In this document: positions 9,503 through 16,783 of the stretch, one piece after another
How the letters are laid out: the number at the start of each line of letters is the position of its first letter
Numbering within the stretch: position 1 is the first letter of the stretch
IMG/VR virus record: IMGVR_UViG_3300033168_000009
Coordinates: 1 to 27,934 of that record
From: a virus
Taxonomy: Duplodnaviria > Caudoviricetes
DNA length: 27,934 nucleotides
Reading direction: 5' to 3' (one strand)
The notes under the pieces: model-generated
Databases searched by the model: none
What the model was told of the DNA's origin: nothing
The model's input: the letters and a program-made list of their open reading frames with translations, nothing else
Program-made: the position numbers and the translations under genes

Positions 9503-9915
9503 ACGTCCTGGAACTCCCGGGCGTTCATCAGCATCGAGTACTTGTCGACTCGGCCACCGGCGATCGCCCAAACCTTCTCGTCGACACTCGGCTCTGACTT
9601 CAGCTCGATGACCACAGGCCCATCCGAGGAGTCGGAGGGCAGCCCAGTAGGGCGTTCAGCGACGGCCGTCATCGTGGCCTGGATCACCGGCAGCAGGTCG
9701 GACGACTTTGCCCGGTTGGACCGTGCGACCTTCCGGAAGCGGGGCCAGTCCTCTGGCGTGATGCAGTCCCGCAGGAGCCGCAGGATCGCGGCCATGCCCT
9801 GCATGCTGTCGCCGTCCTCGCCGTCGGCCGCGGCCTCCGCGAACTCCAGCAGCGCGAACTCGGACATCTCCCCGGCGAGACCGAAGTCTTCGCCGAAGAA
9901 GGCGACGCTAGCCAC
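9499..9915 (-). CDS. Tail assembly chaperone
   Basis: Follows the major tail gene. Acidic helical protein with EDWPRF and ERPT.LPSDSSDG, typical of actinophage chaperones. GTG start overlaps the upstream gene end. Confidence 0.8.
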   Translation of the reverse strand: MASVAFFGEDFGLAGEMSEFALLEFAEAAADGEDGDSMQGMAAILRLLRDCITPEDWPRFRKVARSNRAKSSDLLPVIQATMTAVAERPTGLPSDSSDGPVVIELKSEPSVDEKVWAIAGGRVDKYSMLMNAREFQDV

Positions 9916-10513
9916 GGACTGTGCCAGCGAACCACGTCTCCACCGGGTTGACACCGGTCGAGGGCAGCTCGAAGTTGCAGTTGAACGGGATCGTGACCTT
10001 CGCCGGGGCCTTCTTGAACATCTCGGCCACGTCACCAGAGTTGACGCACTGGTAGGCAACCTTGCGCACGTCGCTGGAGGTCGACTCCCACCCGATCATG
10101 AACCGGGTTTCACCACCGGGCTGGACCGGGGTGACCTTCGTCAACTGGGTCGTGGTCGTGCCGGTGACGGTCATCGTCGCACCGTTCAGTGCCCGGCCGA
10201 CGTTGGTCGCGGTGTAGTTCTGCAGCGCGAACGTCACAGACGACGTGCGGCCGGTGGTGCGCCATGCGACCGGGTCGTACAGCTCGGCGGCGTCGACCTG
10301 CGCCATCGCCATGTTGTAGTGCCAGTCGGAGCCGGCGTCGGTCAAGCCCAGCCACACCCACGGGGTGGGCCAGACGTCGGTGAACTGCGACCCGGTGACC
10401 GGTGCCGTCGCACCCGTCAGGAGGGAAGCCGGGAGCGCTGTACCGAGCGGTGCCCAGTAGAGCCATCCCGGGTCGGTGATGAGGGCGGGGCGGGTGACGA
10501 CAGGACTGGGCAT
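9908..10513 (-). CDS. Major tail (tube) protein
   Basis: PGWLYWAPLGTALP...WVWLGLTDAG motif, beta-rich, 201 aa, immediately upstream of the chaperones. Confidence 0.88.
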   Translation of the reverse strand: MPSPVVTRPALITDPGWLYWAPLGTALPASLLTGATAPVTGSQFTDVWPTPWVWLGLTDAGSDWHYNMAMAQVDAAELYDPVAWRTTGRTSSVTFALQNYTATNVGRALNGATMTVTGTTTTQLTKVTPVQPGGETRFMIGWESTSSDVRKVAYQCVNSGDVAEMFKKAPAKVTIPFNCNFELPSTGVNPVETWFAGTVRG

Positions 10514-10514
10514 G

Positions 10515-10757
10515 TCAGGCTCCGATCACAGTGGCGGGCAGGGCGGCAGCGGCCTTGGTGACTTTCGGGGGATTGGCGACCTTCGTGACGAGGCTGGCGT
10601 CGACGACGCCGCGCTCGACGTGGGACGCAGGGACGGGGTTGCCGACGTTGAACGCCCGCACCCCGGCGATGTCGACGGGGAACGCGGCGGTGTACGTCCC
10701 CCACTCGGCGGCTTCGGCGAGCTGCGCCTGAGCGAGCTCCTCGGCTGGTGTTGGCAC
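10515..10757 (-). CDS. Small hypothetical protein preceding the major tail gene
   Basis: GAAGGAAGGA SD before GTG 10757. 80 aa with EWGTY.A...I.GVRAFN.G.PVPASHV. Confidence 0.75.
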   Translation of the reverse strand: MPTPAEELAQAQLAEAAEWGTYTAAFPVDIAGVRAFNVGNPVPASHVERGVVDASLVTKVANPPKVTKAAAALPATVIGA

Positions 10758-10786
10758 GGCGTTTCCTTCCTTCGGGCACGACGGAC

Positions 10787-10809
10787 AGCCGCCCCACGGT
10801 GGGACGGCT
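10787..10809 (-). promoter_or_regulatory. Intergenic stem-loop upstream of the major-tail unit
   Basis: Minus-strand RNA AGCCGUCCCA-CCG-UGGGGCGGCU forms a 10-bp stem with one G-U pair. No U-tract. Confidence 0.45.
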
Positions 10810-10821
10810 CGACAGGGGGGG

Positions 10822-11280
10822 TTAGAAGAGGTAGCCGGTGTTCCAGTACCGGACGGTGAACAACAGCGACTGCGCCGCGCCTTGCACGTTCTGCACCGAC
10901 AGCACATCGACGGACAGCAACACTTCGGCGTTGCGGGACAGCAGCCCGCCGAGCGTCTGGTCGGCTCGCAAGCCGGCGTCGAACGCGTCGGTCAACGCGA
11001 ACGCCCGGGCCCGCACAGTGGCGAGGTCACCGTCGCCCGACTGGCAAGCCAGATGGCAGCGGACATCTCCGCTTTCGTCCATCCCCGACCCGTCAGGGTT
11101 ACGGGTCTGAGTGAAGACGCCGCCCTGGTCGTCGGCGGTGGTGTAGCCGACCGTCAGGTAGTCAGCCGAGATGTCGGCGGTGACGGGATGCCCGTCGTAC
11201 ACCGCCACGTCGCCCCACCCTGGCAGCGTGGGTAGCCACGTCACCAGCCGGTTGACGATCAGCGGCCACGTCGCTCCCAT
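10822..11280 (-). CDS. Tail terminator / head-tail joining protein
   Basis: 152 aa with VAVYDG, YLTVG and LRADQTLGG. Lies between the adaptor and major tail genes. Confidence 0.75.
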   Translation of the reverse strand: MGATWPLIVNRLVTWLPTLPGWGDVAVYDGHPVTADISADYLTVGYTTADDQGGVFTQTRNPDGSGMDESGDVRCHLACQSGDGDLATVRARAFALTDAFDAGLRADQTLGGLLSRNAEVLLSVDVLSVQNVQGAAQSLLFTVRYWNTGYLF

Positions 11281-12110
11281 CAGGCGATGACCGGAGCGCG
11301 GCGATACGGCGCCAGCAGCTCGATCGCCTTCGCCGGCACCGCATCAGCCGAGTTCGGCGGTCCCGACTCGCCGCCTTGCAGCGGCATCGCGCTCGCACCC
11401 CGCTGCGACTCCCACAAGCTGCTGATGATGAGCATCGCCGCGAGCCGTACCGGCGCGGGAATCACAGCCCGGCCGGCGGTGTACGTGGCGGTCAACTGCC
11501 CGCTGCCGTTCCAGTTGGTTGACCAGTCCATCGACCCGTACGGGTACAACGCCTGCCGCCGCAGAATCCCCGACGGCCCGTCCAGCAGGTACTGCGCGGC
11601 GGAGCCACCGTAGTTGGGGGACGTCGGAACCAGCGAAGTGAGAGCAACCACTGGGGCCTTTGCGAGAACGATCGTGTCAGCGGCCGAAACAACCTCGGTG
11701 TGCGTACGAATCAGCACCGGGCCGATCTCATGCTCGACCAGATTAGTCACCGTCTCGATGTAGAACCGCAGCTCGACGTCGTTGCGGGTGCTGGTCAAGT
11801 TCAGCTGCGCCTTGACGTCGGCGAGGCTGACGATCCCACCAGGGTCGGCCGGGTCAACGTTGAACGCGTCGGTGTACGCAGAGGCGTTGACACCGGTGGA
11901 GACGCAGCGGGCGAGGTGGCGGCCGCCCTGTGTCGGGATGAAGTCGTAGTCGTAGGTGCCGACGGTGGTGGGGGTGAGGGTGAACGTGCCCGCACTGGTG
12001 GCGTCGGGCTGGGTGATGGTGAGGGTGACGGTCCCGCCGTTGGCGGGTGCGCCGGTCGGGTCGGTGACGATGAACCGGAGCGGGACGATGTTGCCGAGGT
12101 CGAAGCTCAT
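11280..12110 (-). CDS. Head-tail adaptor (HK97 gp6/SPP1 gp15-like) with N-terminal Ig-like domain
   Basis: Residues ~1-87 are beta-rich (VTLTITQPD, GTYDYDF.P.Q.GRH.ARC...G). They are followed by IVSLADVKAQLNL...D.EL..YI and P.PVRLAAMLII..LWE.QR...IELLAPYRR. Confidence 0.85.
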   Translation of the reverse strand: MSFDLGNIVPLRFIVTDPTGAPANGGTVTLTITQPDATSAGTFTLTPTTVGTYDYDFIPTQGGRHLARCVSTGVNASAYTDAFNVDPADPGGIVSLADVKAQLNLTSTRNDVELRFYIETVTNLVEHEIGPVLIRTHTEVVSAADTIVLAKAPVVALTSLVPTSPNYGGSAAQYLLDGPSGILRRQALYPYGSMDWSTNWNGSGQLTATYTAGRAVIPAPVRLAAMLIISSLWESQRGASAMPLQGGESGPPNSADAVPAKAIELLAPYRRAPVIA

Positions 12111-13777
12111 CTGCCCCCCTTCATCGACGGTGCGGTACGAGTGCCGGCACCGACGAGTGCCCCGGTACGGGCGCCGGATGCGGCTGGGCGGGCACCGGGC
12201 AGGGTCGTGGCCGGCGGACGGCTGCCGGCGGACATGGCGCCGCGGGTGACGGCCGCCCGGACCGTTCCCGCCACGCCGACCGAGCCGACGCCGGGGAACG
12301 CTGCCGAGCCGGGGACGGCGAGCAGGCCTGCTGCGCCGAGTGCCCCGGTGCCGGTGAGGGCAGCAGCGCCGAACACGGACAGGACCGCGGCCGACCCGGC
12401 TGTTCCCGTACCGGTAAGAGCGGCGCCGGTGGGGACGTTGACCGCGTTGACAGCACCGACCGAGCCGACGCCTTGAACGACCGAGGTCGCGCTGCCCGTT
12501 GAGACACCGGTCGGCCCGACAGTGCCCGAGCCGCTAAGCGCCGCCGTAGCGCCCGTGCCGACAGTTCCCGCGGCAGATACCGCGCCGACCCCGGAGAGTG
12601 CGGCAGCGACAGGAACAGCGACCGTAGCGGTGATGCCGAGCGTGCCTGCACCGGGCAGGGATGCCGAGGCGTTGGAGCCGACCGTGACGCCGATGGCGCC
12701 CGAGCCGGACAGCGAAGCCGTGGCAGGAACGGTGGCCGTGCCGACTACGCCGACAGCACCCGTGCCGGACAGGCCGACCGAGGCGGAGACGGCAGCGACA
12801 GCCGCGGCCCCAACCGTGCCGGACCCGGCCAGCGTGACCGTAGCGGGGACGGCGGTCGTACCGGCTGCACCGACCGTGCCAGCGCCCGCCAGTGCGACGG
12901 AAGCCTGGACGGTGGCCGAGGTGGCCGCTCCGAGCGTGCCGATGCCCGCGAGGGCAGCCGAGGCGAGCCCCGACGCGGCGCCGGTAGCGCCGACGGTGCC
13001 CGAACCGGCGAGGGCGACCGACGTGCCGATCTGACCAGCCGCGCCGACGGTGCCGGTACCGGAGAGGGTCGCAGCGGCGGGGACAGTCGCTGTGGCAGTA
13101 GTGCCGACCAGACCGGTGCCGGTCAGTGAGACGGTGGCAGGAACCGTGACGGTGCCTGAGGTTCCGAGCGTGCCCGTACCGGACAGGCTGGCCGTGGCGG
13201 GAACCGTGACCGTAGGGCTGCTGCCGACCGTGCCAGCGCCGGGGAGGGTTGCTGTGGCCGGCATGGCAGTCGTTCCCGCGACGCCGACGGTGCCGGTACC
13301 CGCAAGGGTGGCGGGGCCGCTGCCGGTGACCTTGCCGACCGCAGAAACGGTGCCAGTACCTGCGATAGTTGCGGCGACGGCAACAGTTGCAGTACCAGTA
13401 GTGCCGACCGAGCCCGTGCCGGTGACGCCAGCGACCGAGCCGACCTGGCCTGAGGCGCCGACGATGCCGGTCCCCGAGAGAAACACGGCGGCAGGAGCCG
13501 CGACCGTGGCCGCTACGCCGACGGTGCCTGCACCGGACAGCGTGGGCGCAGTAGAGACAGCCACCGCAGCGGTAGCACCGACCGAGCCCGCACCCGAGAG
13601 CCTGGCAGCAGCCGGTACAGCCACCGTGGCGGCGACACCTACCGAACCGGCACCCGAGAACCCGGCCGACGACGGAACGGTGACCGTGGCCGCCGCGCCG
13701 ACAGCACCCGTGCCGGACAGCAGTGCTGTGGCGGGGACGACGACACCGGCGGGGGCGAACAGGGTGAGCAGGCTCAT
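12107..13777 (-). CDS. Gly/Ala/Thr/Val/Ser repeat protein (25 repeats of ~20 aa), putative fibre stalk
   Basis: 25 copies of a unit like ATATLSGTGTVGAAATVTVP counted by eye. Essentially uncharged apart from an Arg-containing C-terminus. ATGA-coupled to the adaptor gene. Confidence 0.85.
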   Translation of the reverse strand: MSLLTLFAPAGVVVPATALLSGTGAVGAAATVTVPSSAGFSGAGSVGVAATVAVPAAARLSGAGSVGATAAVAVSTAPTLSGAGTVGVAATVAAPAAVFLSGTGIVGASGQVGSVAGVTGTGSVGTTGTATVAVAATIAGTGTVSAVGKVTGSGPATLAGTGTVGVAGTTAMPATATLPGAGTVGSSPTVTVPATASLSGTGTLGTSGTVTVPATVSLTGTGLVGTTATATVPAAATLSGTGTVGAAGQIGTSVALAGSGTVGATGAASGLASAALAGIGTLGAATSATVQASVALAGAGTVGAAGTTAVPATVTLAGSGTVGAAAVAAVSASVGLSGTGAVGVVGTATVPATASLSGSGAIGVTVGSNASASLPGAGTLGITATVAVPVAAALSGVGAVSAAGTVGTGATAALSGSGTVGPTGVSTGSATSVVQGVGSVGAVNAVNVPTGAALTGTGTAGSAAVLSVFGAAALTGTGALGAAGLLAVPGSAAFPGVGSVGVAGTVRAAVTRGAMSAGSRPPATTLPGARPAASGARTGALVGAGTRTAPSMKGGR

Positions 13778-13787
13778 TGCCTACCCC

Positions 13788-15530
13788 TCAGCGCAGGTGC
13801 ATGGAGACGCGCGCGATGGACAGCGTTCCCGCCGTCGCACCGTAGAGCGCCGGGTTCCACTCGCCCTCCCCGCGGCGCGCGAAGGGAAGGAGCGGCGTCC
13901 ACAGGCCCTGCCGGTCACCGGCGGCGCCGACGTCGCAGTAGCCCGGCTCGAACGCGGGGCTGGCGTGCTGGATCGACCCGCCGTCGGTCTGCAGGAAGCC
14001 GAACGTCGGCTGCCAGCGCATGTAGAGGCGAGCACCCGCGACCGCCGTCACGACGAAGACAGACAGGCGGTACTCCTCGTAGTCGCCGAGGTTGAGCCGC
14101 TCAAGCAGGTTCGCCATGCTGAGTTCGGTGCTGGCGGTGAGAGCGTAGGAGCTACCGGTAGCCTGCGCCAGGAACGGGACCATGAGGCGGGTGTTCGACC
14201 GGCCGGTAGAGGTCAGGCCGCCGCCGTAGCCGGCGGACTGCCCAGCGGCGGGCTCGTTGAGCATCGTGTTCCCGGGTGTGGCCTCGACCAGTCCGACGGT
14301 TTCCAGCGCGGTACCGGCGAGCATCCGGCGGAACCCCTGGTAGCCGAGGGCGGCGATGAGAGCATGCCCCTGGTCGTTGGGGTGCTGGTCACCAGCGGGC
14401 CAGTAGGCGGGGCTGGCGGCGAGGCGGGTGTCGACATCGACGTACTGCACCCAGCGGTCGAACTCGGCGCAGACTGACCCGGTCGTCGCGTTCCCGTTGT
14501 TGACCATCGCGTCGTCAACCGGGCCGTTCGACACAGTGCCCTGGAAGCCGGTGCCGCCCGCGAGGTTCCACAGGCCGTAGCCAACTGCCGACGGAATCTT
14601 CGGCTGGTTGTAGACGACGATGCCGGGCGGCTGCGTCGCCTCGATGCCATAACCCATGAAGTAGGACTTGGTGGCGCTGGCGAAAGCGAACGTCAACGTG
14701 AAGGTGTGACCACCGACGGGGAGGCCGGTCACCCGGTAGCAGACCGGGTTGTATCGCGTACCGACGGGCGGAGCACCACCACCGGAAGTGTCCGAAGAGT
14801 TGTCACCGACCGCCGGGCCCGCGATGACGAAGTTGGAGGTCAGGGTCGCGTTGGTGCCCGCACCGACGGTCTTGGCGATGGTGACCGTGTTCGCACCAGC
14901 TGTCGGGTCGGCGCAGAAGAAGAAGACGACCGTGCCACCGGGAAAGTCGGCGGGGACGGTGACGGTGAGTACCCCGGCCGCGGTGGCGCTCTTGGCCGTC
15001 TCGCCACCGGCACGGTTCGGGACGCCGACGGCAGCCGTCGTCTCCGAGGTCCATGTCCCCGAGGTGGTGGCGACGGTGGAGTCGTTGGAGACGAAGCACC
15101 GCGAGCAGCGCACCCGGGCGATGCAGGAACGGAGCGCGTGCCCATAAGGGCCGTTGACACCGATCTTCGCGTTGCCGATCCGGGGCCAGTCGCTGACGCC
15201 CCAGTAGAGCGCGACCGCGTTTGCCTCAGGCGGGTACAGCCCAGGGTTGGCAGCCGTGCCGGTCGCAGCGCGAGCAACGGAACGGTCACGGACAGCGTTG
15301 TGAAAGAGCGTGTTCGCCCCGCCCTGATGGAACAACACGTAGTCCGGCCAGCAGAGCTTGGAGCCGTTGACAGCCAAGTTGATCTCGTGGGCGCCGAGCA
15401 TGGCGGCGAGCCGCGTCGACCACCGCATCTGCTTGCGGGATGCACCGGCAGTGCTCGCGTGCGCGTAGGAGTGGCCGTAGACCTCAAGCGTCGAGGCGAC
15501 GGGCATGGCAGCCGGAGGCAGAACGGGCAT
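13788..15530 (-). CDS. SGNH/GDSL-family hydrolase-domain protein, probably virion-associated (580 aa)
   Basis: Block I VYGHSY, block II NLAVNGS, block III-like YWGVSD and block V DQHPNDQGH. A beta-rich insertion lies between blocks III and V, and there is an extra C-terminal domain. TAATG overlap places the start at 15530. Confidence 0.78.
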   Translation of the reverse strand: MPVLPPAAMPVASTLEVYGHSYAHASTAGASRKQMRWSTRLAAMLGAHEINLAVNGSKLCWPDYVLFHQGGANTLFHNAVRDRSVARAATGTAANPGLYPPEANAVALYWGVSDWPRIGNAKIGVNGPYGHALRSCIARVRCSRCFVSNDSTVATTSGTWTSETTAAVGVPNRAGGETAKSATAAGVLTVTVPADFPGGTVVFFFCADPTAGANTVTIAKTVGAGTNATLTSNFVIAGPAVGDNSSDTSGGGAPPVGTRYNPVCYRVTGLPVGGHTFTLTFAFASATKSYFMGYGIEATQPPGIVVYNQPKIPSAVGYGLWNLAGGTGFQGTVSNGPVDDAMVNNGNATTGSVCAEFDRWVQYVDVDTRLAASPAYWPAGDQHPNDQGHALIAALGYQGFRRMLAGTALETVGLVEATPGNTMLNEPAAGQSAGYGGGLTSTGRSNTRLMVPFLAQATGSSYALTASTELSMANLLERLNLGDYEEYRLSVFVVTAVAGARLYMRWQPTFGFLQTDGGSIQHASPAFEPGYCDVGAAGDRQGLWTPLLPFARRGEGEWNPALYGATAGTLSIARVSMHLR

Positions 15531-15967
15531 TAGGAGGTCAGCTCCGTCACTCGGGCGTTTCCGGTAGCGCTGTCCCACGAGCCGTAGAGCGGGCCGGTGT
15601 ACGCAGGCTGGTCCATCACCCACGTTCCCGAGGGGTCGACGCGGTAGGTGTAGTCGGTGACGGTCCCGGCAGAGCCGTAGGCGACGTAGAGCGTCGCCGA
15701 GGACTCGTTCACGATCACCGCACCGCGACGGTTGGGGTTCGCGGCAAGCAGCGGGACGGCCGCGGTCGACGCCGCAACACTGGAACGGGGCGCGTTGGTC
15801 GGCTGAACCGGCGCGATCGGCAGCGGCAGCGCGTTCGTCCCCAGCAGGTTCCCCGCCGAGTCCGCCAACGTGACGACCTGCTGGTCCGCTGAGCCGGCAC
15901 CGAGCGCGGTCAGCACCCGGATAGGCGTGCCTGACCCGGCGGTGATCGCAACCGCGCCGTCAGCCAT
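15530..15967 (-). CDS. Small beta-rich virion structural protein
   Basis: LLAANPNRRGAVIVNES...LYVAYG......YTYRV...YTG..YG.W..ATG.ARVTEL resembles jelly-roll-type spike/fibre adaptor proteins. Confidence 0.7.
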   Translation of the reverse strand: MADGAVAITAGSGTPIRVLTALGAGSADQQVVTLADSAGNLLGTNALPLPIAPVQPTNAPRSSVAASTAAVPLLAANPNRRGAVIVNESSATLYVAYGSAGTVTDYTYRVDPSGTWVMDQPAYTGPLYGSWDSATGNARVTELTS

Positions 15968-15970
15968 CTG

Positions 15971-16387
15971 CTAGGTGTTCTGGACGGTCAGCGACCCCGG
16001 AGCGCCGCCCGCGATGGTCAGCGTGTCACCCGAGTTCATGCTCTTGGCGGCGTTGGCGCCCGAGAACGCCCCATAGCCGCGGTAGACCGGGGTTGCCGCA
16101 GAGTCCTGCAGGCTCACCCCGACGATCGTCGCGATCGCAGCGTTGGAAGTCCACGACACCGCGTTCACGTTCGACGCCGCCACCGTGGTCGCCGAAGCGT
16201 TCCACCCCGCAGCGGCGATCGTCGGGTTCGCCGTCACGGCGGCGACCGCGGTACCGGCAGCGGTCGCCGTACCCGCCGTCGAGGCGAGGATCGCCGTTAT
16301 CGGCATCGTCGGCGCCGCGGGGGCGGTCGGGGTCTGCCCGACGAGGTAGTTCGTCCACGCGTTCTGCAGCGCTTGGGACAGCGGCAC
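15971..16387 (-). CDS. Small fibre-subunit-like structural protein (138 aa)
   Basis: GGAGGGGAG SD before GTG 16387. Pattern LS....N....YL.G...SN.NAVSW...TIVGVSL.DSA...YG......K....GDTLTI..G...LTV. Confidence 0.7.
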   Translation of the reverse strand: MPLSQALQNAWTNYLVGQTPTAPAAPTMPITAILASTAGTATAAGTAVAAVTANPTIAAAGWNASATTVAASNVNAVSWTSNAAIATIVGVSLQDSAATPVYRGYGAFSGANAAKSMNSGDTLTIAGGAPGSLTVQNT

Positions 16388-16389
16388 GG

Positions 16390-16707
16390 CTACTCCCCTC
16401 CGAGGTTGCGCGGACTGGCGTCCAGGTGGGCGGCGAGGTCGGGACCCTTCGCACCGTCGGCGCGGGCCACCACATCCCGGCACGACTCGAAACCGGCCGG
16501 CAGGTTCAAGTCGTCCTCGGCGTGGCAGCCGCAGCAGTCCAGGTGGTCAGCCGAGTTGTAGACGCGCTCCAGCTCGGCGAGCCGCTCCGGTGAGGTGCCG
16601 GCCGGTGCGAGTGTCGCCACGTCCATCACCCGGACCAGCAGATGCCGCGGATGGTCGTCGGACTTGCCGCACTTCGAGCACGGCGGGTGGGTGAGGGTGT
16701 CAGCCAT
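16390..16707 (-). CDS. Cys/His-rich putative zinc-binding protein
   Basis: CSKC..SDDHPRH...HLDCCGCH...C motif; AAGGAG SD. Confidence 0.8.
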   Translation of the reverse strand: MADTLTHPPCSKCGKSDDHPRHLLVRVMDVATLAPAGTSPERLAELERVYNSADHLDCCGCHAEDDLNLPAGFESCRDVVARADGAKGPDLAAHLDASPRNLGGE

Positions 16708-16728
16708 GCGGCTCTCCTTCTAGGTGAA

Positions 16729-16772
16729 CGGTGCGGGGCGTCGGAGGAGGACGGGGCCGACGCCCCGCACCG
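16729..16772 (-). terminator. Perfect 16-bp inverted repeat after the capsid gene (terminator/attenuator or mRNA stabiliser)
   Basis: cggtgcggggcgtcgg (16729-16744) and ccgacgccccgcaccg (16757-16772), 12-nt loop. Followed only by TTCAC on the minus strand. Confidence 0.7.
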
Positions 16773-16783
16773 GGCTACTGAGG

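Noticed and set aside
9499-9580. Programmed -1 frameshift between the tail chaperone ORFs
   Set aside because: The second ORF is in the -1 frame, but I found no in-frame X XXY YYZ heptamer (CCCGGGA is out of register). The TTGA overlap explains it by coupling. A non-canonical shift is not excluded.
12107-13777. Collagen-like or PE-PGRS-like host protein
   Set aside because: No Gly-X-Y triplet or GGAGG/GGNGG periodicity. The period is about 20 aa and the gene is coupled within the phage structural operon.
15531-15623. Extended N-termini given in the ORF track (also for 9499..10059, 10515..10907, 15971..16483, 25802..26338, 27467..27913)
   Set aside because: They overlap upstream genes extensively; downstream starts have SD motifs or stop/start overlaps.
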